From Macrostomum lignano (lineage: Eukaryota): a DNA stretch of 64,000 nucleotides. The stretch's first letter is position 1, and each line of letters opens with the position of its first letter. The stretch lies in NCBI GenBank assembly GCA_002269645.1, contig NIVC01001248.1, positions 1 to 64,000 on the forward strand. The letters run 5' to 3'. The position numbers were made by a program, and so were the translations under genes. Below are positions 46,221 to 58,650 of the stretch, piece after piece. The notes under the pieces were generated by a model that saw nothing but the letters and a program-made list of their open reading frames with translations, searched no databases and was not told the DNA's origin.

Positions 46221-46983
46221 GTGAGCTACTGCTGGGTGTTGTTCAGCGTGACCGTGAAGAACATGTGGACGGCCTGCATCAGCGTGTTCCGCTGTCTGGC
46301 CACCTTCAAGCCCATCGGCTTCCGCCGCCGTCGCGGCCGCCGCCGGGCCCGGCACCTTCGCCGCGTGGCGTCTGGCGGCCGGCGGCAGCGAGCGGTTCCT
46401 GGTGGACGTGATGCTGCCGCTGATGAGGACGCCTCAGACTTACCTGCCCGTGCCGCTGATCCTGCTGGCCTCCGGCGTCACCGCCGCTCAGCTGGCTGTT
46501 GCCAGGGGCAACCAGCCTGGCGAGGTCGCCGCCTCCGTCGCCCCAGCCGCTGCCGCCAGAAGGTCCGGCCTCGTCACCACCCGCATTGTGCTGGTGCTGG
46601 CCACCACTTTTATCGTTTTCGAGTTGCCAGGCGCGACTTTCATCACATTCGAGCTGCACAAACAGCTTCCAGACTGGATGGTGCCCGTCAGCGACCTGCT
46701 GGTTACCGTCGACAGCGCCTGCAGCTTCTTCGTGTTCTACGCGGTCAGCGCCAACTTCCGTCGGCAGGTGCTGCAGCTGCTCGGCCGTCAGCCTCTGGCC
46801 GCTTCCCCTGGAGCTGCCACCGCCAACCGCAGAGGCGGCACCAGCCTCACCGCTACGTTTTCTTCGGCGCTGCTAGCGCAACGACGCCACGACAGCCGTT
46901 TTGTCGAGGCGTCCCGACTGGTGGGCTGGTCGCGCTGCCCTAAGCCGCTGCTGGGCCGCAGGGCGGAGGATGCCAGCCTCTGA
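46221..46983 (+). pseudogene. 7TM receptor copy E, orphan exon 2 with a net 47-nt deletion (frameshift)
   Basis: Acceptor flank shared with copy C. 'ggcttccgccgc-c-gtcgcggcc' replaces 16 codons present in A-C. No exon 1 is found between 41600 and 46220. Confidence 0.85.
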
Positions 46984-47908
46984 CTCGCGTGGGCCGGCCG
47001 TCTGTTCTCTGAGCAAGAAATAACGAAAAACTCCACTTATACTACTTGGCAGGCGCCTCAGTTTCTACACCTTTAGAATGCTACAAAGCGTTTAAAATGT
47101 TTAGACTGCTAATGCTAGAATGCGGATGTACCAAAAAGCAATCTACATGTAACTTCGAAACTGTTCAGTCTAAACTAAACTACGCTCGCACGTAATCTAA
47201 AATAAAGTCTTCTGGGCTAAGTTTGTCCATGGTAAATCCATTTTCACCGCACCGTTTTTGCAATTCTGTATTCCAGGAGGTGAGGATATTGTTCTTGTGA
47301 TGACATTTTGAAATCGAGGAACTTTCTATCCTGCATGTACTTTAAAAGTTAGCAAAACTTTTTAAAACTTCAGTCATGCATTGTCAATTAATGTAATATC
47401 TGTCTCATACTATCTAGATACTTAAAGTAAAATTTCAGTACATATTATTGCATGGATTTGTTATTTCTATTTTTCCTTTATAGTTTTCTACTAGTTTATA
47501 ATATTTTACTAAATGCATACTCTTTGCATCTACTAACAGTAATATAATGCGAAAAAAACTCTTTTTACATTACAAATACAAGGTAATATATTTTAAAATA
47601 AAACTTGGTCGCTTGCAAGCAAAATCTCCCTCATTTTTTTCTCTCTTTAAATCATTAAAGTGCTGCCTGCAAGGGTGACCTGGAATGAACCCAACGCTGC
47701 AGCCACGAGCCCAGCACCGAGTTGTGTTGTATTGTAATGGGGCCTGTCGGCTCGATATTAGTGAAGCAGTTGTTGCTGGAATCTGGATCAGCAGTCTGGT
47801 GAAGGTTGCAGCGACCATTTCGAGTTTGCCAGCCACCCTCGGTTGCTGCAGCTGTGGGCGATTCAACAAGGCTGAGGGCCAACAGGCAGGACATGAAGAA
47901 ACATAGAG

Positions 47909-48414
47909 AGGCATTTAGCGCCAGAGAAACGCTGTATTTGGCGCCAGAGAAACGCTGTATTTGGCGCCAGAGAAACACTGTATTTGGCGCCAGAGAAACA
48001 TTGTATTTTGCGCCAGAGAAACGCTGTATTTGGCGCCAGAGAAACGCTGTATTTGGCGCCAGAGAAACGCTGTATTTAGCGCCAGAGAAACGCTGTTTTT
48101 GGCGCCAGAGAAACACTGTATTTGGCGCCAGAGAAACACTGTATTTGGCGCCAGAGAAACACTGTATTTGGCGCCAGAGAAACACTGCATTTGGCGCCAG
48201 AGAAACGCTGTATTTGGCGCTAGAGAAACGCTGTATTTGGCGCCAGAGAAACGCTGTATTTAGCACAAGAGAAACACTGTATTTGGCGCCAGGGAAACGC
48301 TGTATTTGGCGCCAGAGAAACGCTGTATTTGGCGCCAGAGAAACGCTGTATTTAGCACAAGAGAAACACTGTATTTGGCGCCAGGGAAACGCTGTATTTG
48401 GCGCCAGAGAAACA
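47909..48414. repeat. 23-bp satellite (ggcgccagagaaacrctgtattt)
   Basis: About 22 units. Confidence 0.96.
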
Positions 48415-49084
48415 TGTACGCCCTTAGTTTTGGAGCCTCTGGTCTACAGTTATATCCAACAGTAGTCATTGCGTGGCAGAGCGGACCGCACTAAACTGAC
48501 TTAGCTTCTAAAGGGCCGGCCTCCCAGGTGGGCCCTTAGTCTAAAACCTTAACTCCCAAGATCTTTGTTTGAATTTTCTGTCTTTCTCTCCCAAGAGAGC
48601 CCCAATAAAGCAATTCTGTCCGGCAGAATCCCCCCCCCAGGGAGGGGAGAATTTCCCCTCCCAGATGCGTCTGATCTCCCGTCGCGTGCTGCGGTAGGAC
48701 CCTTTGCAGCAATAAATCTGAAGTGTGGCCCTCGCTCGGAACAGCACAAAGACCTGTTGCTCTGGTCATTGTTTTGCAAATACAATCGCTATATAGGAGG
48801 AGCTGTTTAGACTGAGCCCTTGACTTCCCTAATTTATTGTGCATTGGGGAATCCAAGTTAATGGGACCGATGGGGGCTCACGCTCGAATTTGTTGTTTTT
48901 ACAAGGGCCGCCCGCGAGAAGGTCTTTGTAGATCGGTCCCTTGCGCTGCACCAATTAATTCTTGCATTTCACATGCGCCAAGGACCGCCTACGATGACTT
49001 TTTCAATGAAGTTCGGCGTTTTCGAATGGCATGGCATAGCATGGCTTGGAAGGTTTGGATGGATTCAAAGGTCAAATGGCTCGT

Positions 49085-50345
49085 TTTGGCGCCCGATCGC
49101 TCATTTTGGCGTACAGTCACTCATTTTGGGGCTAAGATCGCTCATTTTGGCGCCCAATCGCTCATTTTGGCGCCCGATCGCTCATTTTGGCGCCCGATCA
49201 CTCATTTTGGCGCCCGATCGCTCATTTTGGCGCCCAATCGCTCATTTTGGCGCCCAGTCACTCATTTTGGGGCTGAGTCGCTCATTTTGGCGCCCAATCG
49301 CTCATTTTGGCGCCCGATCGCTCATTTTGGCGCCCGATCGCTCATTTTGGCGCCCAAATCGCTCATTTTGGCGCCACATCGCTGATTTGGCGTCTAATCG
49401 CTCATTTTGGCACCACATCACTGATTTGGCGTCTAATCGCTCATTTTGGCGCCACATCGCTGATTTGGCGTCTAATCGCTCATTTTGGCGCCCAATCGCT
49501 CATTTTGGCGCCCAATCGCTCATTTTGGCGCCCAGTCACTCATTTTGGGGCTGAGTCGCTCATTTTGGGGCTGAGTCGCTCATTTTGGCGCCCGATCGCT
49601 CATTTTGGCGCCCAATCGCTCATTTTGGCGCCCAATCGCTCATTTTGGCGCCCAAATCGCTCATTTTGGCGCCCAGTCACTCATTTTGGGGCTGAGATCG
49701 CTCATTTTGGCGCCACATCGCTGATTTGGCGTCTAATCGCTCATTTTGGCGCCCAATCGCTCATTTTGGCGCCCAGTCACTCATTTTGGGGCTGAGTCGC
49801 TCATTTTGGCGCCCAATCGCTCATTTTGGCGCCCGATCGCTCATTTTGGCGCCCAATCGCTCATTTTGGCGCCCAAATCGCTTATTTTGGCGCCACATCG
49901 CTGATTTGGCGTCTAATCGCTCATTTTGGCGCCCAATCGCTCATTTTGGCGCCCAAATCGCTCATTTTGGCGCCCAGTCACTCATTTTGGGGCTGAGTCG
50001 CTCATTTTGGCGCCCAATCGCTCATTTTGGCGCCCGATCACTCATTTTGGCGCCCGATCGCTCATTTTGGCGCCCAAATCGCTCATTTTGGCGCCACATC
50101 GCTGATTTGGCGTCTAATCGCTCATTTTGGCGCCACATCGCTGATTTGGCGTCTAATCGCTCATTTTGGCGCCCAATCGCTTATTTTGGCGCCCAAATCG
50201 CTCATTTTAGCGCCCAGTCACTCATTCTGGCGCCCGATTGCTAACTTTTGGTGCCCGATCGCTCATTTTGGCGCACAGTTACGAGTACTCATTTTGGCGC
50301 CACATCGCTCATTTTGGCGCCCAATCACCTAATTTAGCGCCCAAA
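49085..50345. repeat. 20/21-bp satellite (ggcgcccaatcgctcatttt) with higher-order variants
   Basis: About 60 units with recurring variant blocks. Confidence 0.96.
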
Positions 50346-50775
50346 TAGCTCATTTTAGCTTTCCAGTCCATCTGTCCCATGTCAGAGATCCATGGCTGCT
50401 ACGAAAATGCAGTAAAATTATTCCATATTTTATGACCAGCGCAGCCACCCAAGGTGTCTTATCTCCTGCGGTTCATCTCTCAATGCCTGTGCCGCACAAT
50501 ATTTATTCCCAGTCCACTAAAAAACACTTAACTGCAGTTTCACTTCTTGACTGGAAACTGGGACAAAGACCTCTCGAGCTGATTGCAAGATATGTCCACG
50601 CGATTTCCTCGTGGAGTTTTCTCCGCCTTGGTTTTCGGGGTGGCCCCAGACTTGCAATGTGATTTATGAGAATCTGCTGTGTTTCTGGTCTGCTGTCCCT
50701 TCGACTGGGCTTGGAACTGTAATTACAAGGCCTGTGCACATTCAGTGTCGGATGCAGGCTGTTGCTTCGAACTGA

Positions 50776-51375
50776 GCCAACTGGGACTGGGGCGCCAACT
50801 GGGACTGGGGCGCCAACTGGGACTGGGGCGCCAACTGGGACTGGGGCGCCAACTGGGACTGGGGCGCCAACTGGGACTGGGGCGCCAACTGGGACTGGGG
50901 CGCCAACTGGGAACTGGGGCGCCAACTGGGGACTGGGGCGCCAACTGGGACTGGGGCGCCAACTGGGACTGGGGCGCCAACTGGGACTGGGGCGCCAACT
51001 GGGACTGGGGCGCCAACTGGGACTGGGGCGCCAACTGGGACTGGGGCGCCAACTGGGACTGGGGCGCCAACTGGGACTGGGGCGCCAACTGGGACTGGGG
51101 CGCCAACTGGGACTGGGACTGGGGCGCCAACTGGGACTGGGACTGGGGCGCCAACTGGGACTGGGACTGAGGCGCCAACTGGGAACCGGGGCGCCAACTG
51201 GGGACTGGGACTGGGGCGCCAACTGGGGACTGGGGCGCCAACTGGGACTGGGTCTGGGGCGCCAACTGGGACTGGGACTGGGGCGCCAACTGGGACTGGG
51301 ACTGGGGCGCCAACTGGGAACCGGGGCGCCAACTGGGGACTGGGACTGGGGCGCCAACTGGGGACTGGGGCGCCA
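50776..51375. repeat. 18-bp satellite (ctgggactggggcgccaa)
   Basis: About 30 units. Confidence 0.96.
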
Positions 51376-52631
51376 TACTAGGGCGACATGAAGAATCGCC
51401 ATCCGACTAAGAAGGATGCCATTCCTTAATTATTTGCATTCGGTGCAAAGCAGATGCTCTCCTTAAAACTTTGGGTGCCACCCCGAGCACTTCTATAAAT
51501 CGATTTGGGATAACCAAAACAAAGACTTGATTTTGTCTTGCTGATAGCAGCCAGTCTGGGGAAAACGAATCACTCTCGTGCCGGCAATCAAGGCAATGGC
51601 ATCAGGATTTGGCGATCTTGGCCCATAAACCGAAGGCGGACGGCTCTGGCAGAACGGCGCAAGACAATAAAAAGTAGTTGCTGAGGCCCTCCTGTGGCGA
51701 AACAACAGAATGCTGGTCTTTGTTCGGCTTATGGCACACTGCGCGCGGGGTCTCGTGCGTAGTCTCCGAATTTCCCTGCTGCGAGCTTGACGTCTTCAAC
51801 ATCCCCTTTCGCGGGCGGCGGCTGTCGCCATTTCTTCAAATCAAATCGATGCATCGGCCCTAGCAACCGCATGGCAACTACACGCACGATGCTACGATGC
51901 TTGTTCAACAAGCTCTGTGTCAGTCTTGGTCGTCATACAAAGCTAATTATTATTAACGAGGCGTGTCTCCTGACTGTTTTAGCCAAGCTGTTAGTGACGC
52001 GCATATTGCATAAATTATCTGTGCTGTGAATGTGGACTGCGAAACCAAGGGAAGGGAGCAACTGTCGATCAGCCTCACCATGCAAGTTTCAACATCACCC
52101 GCTGAGGTTCTGGGTCATAAGTTCTAGATGTCAACTACATTCGAAAGCATAAGAGACACCAGGGGGAGGGTAGATAGGAAATACTATGAACTTTAACGGT
52201 AAATCTTCATAATAGAATAACCTTTTAAAGCCTTTTAATTGGGTTCTTTTTTATATAGCATTCTTCGCTTGCTAAAGTTTGTTTTCGATACATATCGGAT
52301 AGTTGATATGTACTAGCTTTAAACCCGGCTCATTGTTTAGGAATAAAAAAATTCATGAAAAAGCTTTTATAAAATACATGCTATTCAAAAATTCAAAAAT
52401 ACTAATTCATAGCTTTCTCAATCTTATCAATTTAAATGGTAATTAAATGGTAATTTTCACAGTGGCAGTCACAAATAAGGGCTTCAATATGAAATGCGTT
52501 AAATTTTGAAAGAGATTTGCAAACCAAAAATGTAATAAAACTATCCTTCTTTTCTTAATTAATAAGTATAAGAATTAAAAAAATTTCTGATAAAGATTAG
52601 AAGGAAGGCAAAAACATTAAAAAATAAAAGA

Positions 52632-52703
52632 AGGTCCCACCGAGACTCGAACTCGGGTCGCAGGATTCAGAGTCCTGAGTGCTAACCGCTACACCATGGG
52701 ACC
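52632..52703 (-). tRNA. trnQ-CUG: tRNA-Gln (anticodon CTG)
   Basis: 72 nt. Acceptor stem GGTCCCA/TGGGACC, anticodon arm CAGGA-CTCTGAA-TCCTG, T arm CCGAG-TTCGAGT-CTCGG, followed by a TTTT Pol III terminator. Confidence 0.96.
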
Positions 52704-53595
52704 GCTGTGGGAAGGAGGCCATAATTATGGTTTTATAGTTTAAAAATCCTACCTTAAGAGCTGATTGAACGAAGTCTGAGGCTTAATTATCAACCATAAA
52801 TAATGCGTGCGTGTCGTCCGGCGGAACCAGTCTCCACTCAGGCTCAGAGACTCAGTGACCTAATCACCCGACCCGAAAACACGGAAATGCAAATTGCAAA
52901 TCGTGGCTCTTTCTTACACTAGACTAGCTTGTAGACAAGTGAATGACCTTTTTTATCATTTAGCACAATTACAAACCCTATGTGAAAATACTACAAAGTT
53001 TACTTCTGACAGTTTTGTATCGCTTTTTCCAGTTTGAGATGTTTCATTTTTGATTTGCGAATGAAGGCAACGCAAATTTAGACGGGAATCTCCAGCGAGC
53101 AAAGTTTTGAGCAAATAAAAGACCTGCTGAACGATAATTCTGGCTTATATATTTCCCAGTCCATTGGGAGATCCAAAAGTAAGCGAATAAATTCCAATGC
53201 AGCTTGTCAATTGCACGCTGTCAAGGCCAAAACTCCGTTAAGCAGAGTTTGGCTTTTGATTTAATATAATATGAGTTAATATAATAGGCGAGACTAAGCC
53301 AATACCATTATGGATGTCTCAGTCTTTTCCCATTTAGCTTGTAAACACTTAGCTTGTTTGGCCACTGAGATGGAAAAGGCCATTCCATGGCATACATAGA
53401 CACCAACTGTGACGATGGAAACTCCTATTTTGTATTTTTACGTTTCTATTTACTCAGACAAGAGCAATATCTTCAATAAGCCTGAACAGTTAGTAACCTG
53501 TATATTTTATAGCAGTAGTAGGGAGCGAGGTCCACAGTTTTCAAATGAAAGTATGCATGTAAGCCTAGAGAGGGCAGACTTTTTTAACCAATTGC

Positions 53596-53712
53596 CGCCT
53601 GCAAATGTCCGGCTGGCAAACGTTCCGCAGGCAAACGTCGGCTGGCAAAACATCGGCTGGCAAACGTCGGCTGGCAAACGTCGGCTGGCAAAACGTCAGC
53701 TGGCAAACGTCC
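53596..53712. repeat. Short 'ggctggcaaacgtc' tandem array
   Basis: About 7 imperfect units; resembles subterminal repeats of a DNA element. Confidence 0.75.
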
Positions 53713-54267
53713 CGTAGGCGGTCTGCTGGCGCCGAGTCCCACTGCCCGCAGCCGGGTGCAGATGCTTCTACTGATGCTGCAGCGTTTTATCGACTGCCTG
53801 CTGGCTGGCGTCATATGTGCACCGTTTGACCTTCAGATGAGCCTGACAGCTAGCTTATTCTGCAGCTGTTGTTGCAGCGCACTTTGACCATGCAGCCATG
53901 CAGGTAAGCCATGGCCATATGAACCATAGCATGTCAAGCGACTACTAAGACATTCGCATCTTTCATGACATGATTTGTATCATTAATATACATGTACTTC
54001 GTAGTTATTCAATATAATGCATCACATTACATGTACAATACCAGTACTTGACGGTCGGGAGTTGACGAGCCAGACCCCTACATCGATATATATTCAAGTC
54101 TTTAAATAAAAAGAAAGTGAATTATATATAAAACAAACAAAAATATTTTAATTTTAATTTAACTACTTAATACTTTAGTTGTTATTTCGACATTTAATCA
54201 CAAATATATTTTAATAGGCTATGGAACGAACAAATTTGCTATGGTAGGGTAGGGTGTTTAAAATTGA

Positions 54268-54370
54268 GCCATGGAGTACAAGGCCATGGAGTACAAGGCC
54301 ATGGAGTACAAGTCCATGGAGTACAAGTCCATGGAGTACAAGGCCATGGAGTACAAGGCCATGGAGTACA
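54268..54370. repeat. 15-bp minisatellite (ccatggagtacaagk)
   Basis: About 7 units. Confidence 0.93.
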
Positions 54371-54567
54371 AACAATGAGCATACATCGATAGGTGAAGAA
54401 ACAAAGGTAATAAAATCTGTACAAACGACATGCATAGTGGAATTAAAACTACATGTATCTATATAACTGTTTACAGTTACTTCTGGGTTAAAAAAGGCAA
54501 TTTAAAAACTGCTACCGTGGCGCGCAACGCGTCGGGAATCAAACCCGTGACCCCCGTCCCAGGTGGG

Positions 54568-54752
54568 CTACCAGGCAAACTCGCTGCGCACCCGAAGCAC
54601 GAGAGTCCGACAGTCGGCGATGGAACTGCAAATGTCAGCGAGGTCCATGGAATCGGTTGGGAGTCCCTGGATCTCCAGGATCTGGTCGCCGACGCAGAGC
54701 ACAGACTGATAGCGCAGCTGGTCCTTGGCGTCGTTGAAACGGCTCACGAACA
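54568..54752 (-). CDS. PDZ-domain protein, last coding exon (C-terminal half of the PDZ domain)
   Basis: (G)VFVSRF...VLCVGDQILEIQG...TLVLRV* is a canonical PDZ second half. Tandem CAGCAG acceptor at 54758-54753, compatible with the phase 1 donor. Confidence 0.82.
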
Positions 54753-54849
54753 CTGCTGCATGGCGGTGAGGAGTGATGATGTGTTTTGAGAATTCTGCAT
54801 TCTACTGCTATTACTTTGAGTAGTTTGAGTAAGTACCGTCTATGAGCAA

Positions 54850-55484
54850 CTATCTGTAATTGACTGCAACTGTCTGTAATTGACTGCAACTGTCTGTAAT
54901 TGACTGCAACTGTCTGTAATTGACTGCAACTGTCTGTAATTGACTGCAACTGTCTGTAATTGACTGCAACTGTCTGTAATTGACTGCAACTGTCTGTAAT
55001 TGACTGCAACTGTCTGTAATTGACTGCAACTGTCTGTAATTGACTGCAACTGTCTGTAATTGACTGCAACTGTCTGTAATTGACTGCAACTGTCTGTAAT
55101 TGACTGCAACTGTCTGTAATTGACTGCAACTGTCTGTAATTGACTGCAACTGTCTGTAATTGACTGCAACTGTCTGTAATTGACTGCAACTGTCTGTAAT
55201 TGACTGCAACTGTCTGTAATTGACTGCAACTGTCTGTAATTGACTGCAACTGTCTGTAATTGACTGCACCTGTCTGTAATTGACTGCAACTGTCTGTAAT
55301 TGACTGCAACTGTCTGTAATTGACTGCAACTGTCTGTAATTGACTGCAACTGTCTGTAATTGACTGCAACTGTCTGTAATTGACTGCAACTGTCTGTAAT
55401 TGACTGCAACTGTCTGTAATTGACTGCAACTGTCTGTAATTGACTGCAACTGTCTGTAATTGACTACAACTGTCTGTAATTGAC
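54850..55484. repeat. 20-bp intronic minisatellite (tgactgcaactgtctgtaat)
   Basis: About 31 near-perfect units starting a few nt from the donor. Confidence 0.97.
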
Positions 55485-55491
55485 TTCTCAC

Positions 55492-56386
55492 CTCCATGCG
55501 GCTGCCGCCTGGCAACAAAGAAGCCGAACCTGGCGCCGCGCGGCCGCTGCAGTCGAACCAGGCGAGTCCCGTCAGCGCCAAGTCGCAGCACGCGACCTCG
55601 CGGCGACGCCCTCGCCGTCACAGTTGACGGCGTCGTCGAGGGAGACGACGCAGCCGACGCTACGCTCGACGCTGACACCGGCTGGCGCGGCTTTTTTGCC
55701 GACGTTGGAGTGCCGGCGAGCCGCTGCATCAAACGGTGCAGCGAGGACGACTTCTGGCGCCGTTTGGGCGTCTCCGCCCGTCCGCCGATGTCGCTAGCGC
55801 TGCAGGTGGTGGCGGCGGCGGCGGGAGAGACGGCAGCAGTGGTGGCAGCAGCGGCCAGCCTGGAGGCGCTGAGGCTTCGGCGGATGCGTGAAGCGATTCG
55901 ATGGCGCGCTGACCGCGCCCAGCCGCCCAGGGGAGTCTTCGGCTGCTGCTGCTGCTGCTGCTGCGGCGGCATCGGCGGTGCCTGCGGCCTCGTCGGGCTG
56001 GTCTGCGCGTCGCAACAGCCGGAGCTTTTTGGGCTTGGCGACGATGTTGATCCGGCCGGCGCTGGTGCCGGCGCCAGCAGCTGGGATCGGCGCCGGTAGT
56101 GCGGGTTGGTGGCGATGGCGGGGGCGGCAGGGCGAAGGCGCGCCATCTTGGCCGGGGTTGCCGGGGTCGTCAGTGGAGGCGAAGACTCTTCACTTGAGGA
56201 CTGTCGACGCTTCCGACTGCAGGCGGCGGGCAGCAACAGGCTGTGGTCGACTCGCAGCGGCTGCTGGCGCTGCTGCTGTCGGCTGCCAATCGCGTTGCTA
56301 CCGTCCAAGCGCAGGGTGGTGACCAGCGACTGCGCTAGCTGTGGCGGCGGCGGCGGCTGATGCGGCTGCGGCGTGGTGGCGAGCAT
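55492..56386 (-). CDS. PDZ-domain protein, first coding exon (low-complexity Pro/Ser/Ala/Gln N-terminus plus PDZ start); spliced product ~359 aa, Par6/KIAA1614-like PDZ
   Basis: ATG at 56386 in a gcagccATG context, GC-rich codons. GRVLRLGADGTRLVRLQRPRGARFGFFVAR ends at a GTGAGA donor at 55491. Confidence 0.8.
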
Positions 56387-56544
56387 GGCTGCACTCTGCG
56401 CGTTGGAGAATGGGGGGAGTCAAAATATAAAAAACCTTGCTCTGTTGCTGACTAATGTGAGCTGATGAGGCTGGTTTAAAGATTTAAAAAGCCATAGAAC
56501 AGATCGATAGACACTTGGACTCTTTGGAGAGACAGTGAGAAACG

Positions 56545-57490
56545 ACGGGAGTCCATGGCAGATAGATTGACAGACAAGCTGAGAGAGTCCGTAGCAGATA
56601 GATTGACAGACAAGCTGAGAGAGTCCATGGCAGATAGATTGACAGACAAACTGTGAGAGTCCATGGCAGATAGATTGACAGACAAGCTGAGAGAGTCCGT
56701 AGCAGATAGATTGACAGACAAACTGTGAGAGTCCGTAGCAGATAGATTGACAGACAAGCTGAGAGAGTCCGTAGCAGATAGATTGACAGACAAACTGTGA
56801 GAGTCCATAGCAGATAGATTGACAGACAAACTGTGAGAGTCCATAGCAGATAGATTGACAGACAAGCTGAGAGAGTCCGTAGCAGATAGATTGACAGACA
56901 AACTGTGAGAGTCCATAGCAGATAGATTGACAGACAAACTGTGAGAGTCCATAGCAGATAGATTGACAGACAAACTGTGAGAGTCCATAGCAGATAAATT
57001 GACAGACAAACTGTGAGCGTCCAAAGCAGATAGATTGACAGACAAACTGTGAGAGTCCATAGCAGATAGATTGACAGACAAACTGTGAGAGTCCATGGCA
57101 GATAGATTGACAGACAAACTGTGAGAGTCCATAGCAGATAGATTGACAGACAAGCTGAGAGAGTCCGTAGCAGATAGATTGACAGACAAGCTGTGAGAGT
57201 CCATAGCAGATAGATTGACAGACAAGCTGAGAGAGTCCGTAGCAGATAGATTGACAGACAAACTGTGAGAGTCCATAGCAGATAGATTGACAGACAAGCT
57301 GTGAGAGTCCATAGCAGATAGATTGACAGACAAACTGTGAGAGTCCATAGCAGATAGATTGACAGACAAGCTGAGAGAGTCCGTAGCAGATAGATTGACA
57401 GACAAACTGTGAGAGTCCATAGCAGATAGATTGACAGACAAGCTGAGAGAGTCCGTAGCAGATAGATTGACAGACAAACTGTGAGAGTCC
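56545..57490. repeat. 36-bp minisatellite (gagagtccatagcagatagattgacagacaaactgt)
   Basis: About 26 units. Confidence 0.96.
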
Positions 57491-57561
57491 ATACGAGACA
57501 GATCGATAAACAAAGTGTGACAGCAAATTAAAAGCAATGAGAAAGCAGATAATTATCTTAC

Positions 57562-57800
57562 CAGTTATATATGAAGAATCAAAGCTGGCAAATCGAAGTA
57601 TACCCGACGTTAAAGCCTGGATCAATTTGATGATTATGCCAATAGAATGTAAATATCTGGACTGGGCAGTAAAGGAGAAACAGGGTGAGTGGAGCCAAAG
57701 CCGCGGACCCGCCTCCAGGCTTTATAGCCCAACTCGTATCGCTCGATTCTGGCCAGCCAATAGGAGCTGTCCAGCGTCTTGTCAGCCAATGAGAGCCCGA
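57562..57800 (-). promoter_or_regulatory. Putative promoter and non-coding first exon of the PDZ gene
   Basis: On the - strand TATAAA at 57726-57721, two CCAAT motifs read on the + strand just beyond it (~57756, ~57786), a CTG|GTAAGA donor at 57561, and a pyrimidine-tract CAG acceptor at 56396, 9 nt before the ATG. Confidence 0.4.
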
Positions 57801-58109
57801 CCTTGCGTCCTGTCTCTCCCAGTCACTCCTCTACGGCTCTACCCTCACTTTCACCGGCCTTTCCGACCGACTTGACCCGCTCTAATTAAACACGAACTCT
57901 ATAATAAAAACTAATTAGCTAATAACACTAACACATATTTGCTAATTATGAATTTAGAAAATTGCCACTATTCCTTTAATACATCTTAATTCAAATTTCC
58001 GTTGCTGAGTGTAGTGCTTCCATTGTTCATAATTCATTTCCCAATTGAAGTTGTATGGATGATGGGTGATGGCAGTTCAAATTATTGTGGTCTCTGCCTG
58101 TATAAGCCG

Positions 58110-58650
58110 CATTTTACTTCTCTGTCTACCCTCTCCCTTCCCCTGGCTAATATCTCTCTCCTTTTACCTACTCTCTCCCCTGTCTACTCTCTACGCTTTC
58201 TAATCTCCCCCACTCTCTCCCTTGTATCTACTCTCTCCCTGTATATTCTTTCTTGCTGTCTACTCTCACCTCTGTCTACTCTCAACTCTGTCTACTCTCT
58301 CCCCTGTCTACTCTCTCCCTTGTCTACTATCTCTCTCTTCTATCTACTCTCTCCCCTGTATCTACTCTCTCCCCTGTATCTACTCTCTCTCCCCTGTATC
58401 TACTCTCTTCCCTGTATCTACTCTCTCCCCTGTATCTACTCTCTCACCCATATCTACTCTCTCTATTTTCTCTCTCCATGTCTACTCTTTCCTCTGTCTA
58501 TTCTCTGTCTTGTATCTACTCTCTACCCACTCTCTCCCCTGTCTACTAGCTCTCCCCTGTCTACTATCTACCCTGTCTACTCTCTCCCGTGTCTACTGTC
58601 TCCTCAGACTACTTCATATTTTTCTCTCCCTGGATCCCCTCTCCCCTCTC
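58110..58650. repeat. Degenerate CT-rich minisatellite (ctactctctcccctgt)
   Basis: Read directly. Confidence 0.85.

Noticed and set aside
51400-52080. Coding-like GC-richer segment with several short ORFs
   Set aside because: No recognisable domain in any frame and no consistent splice structure.
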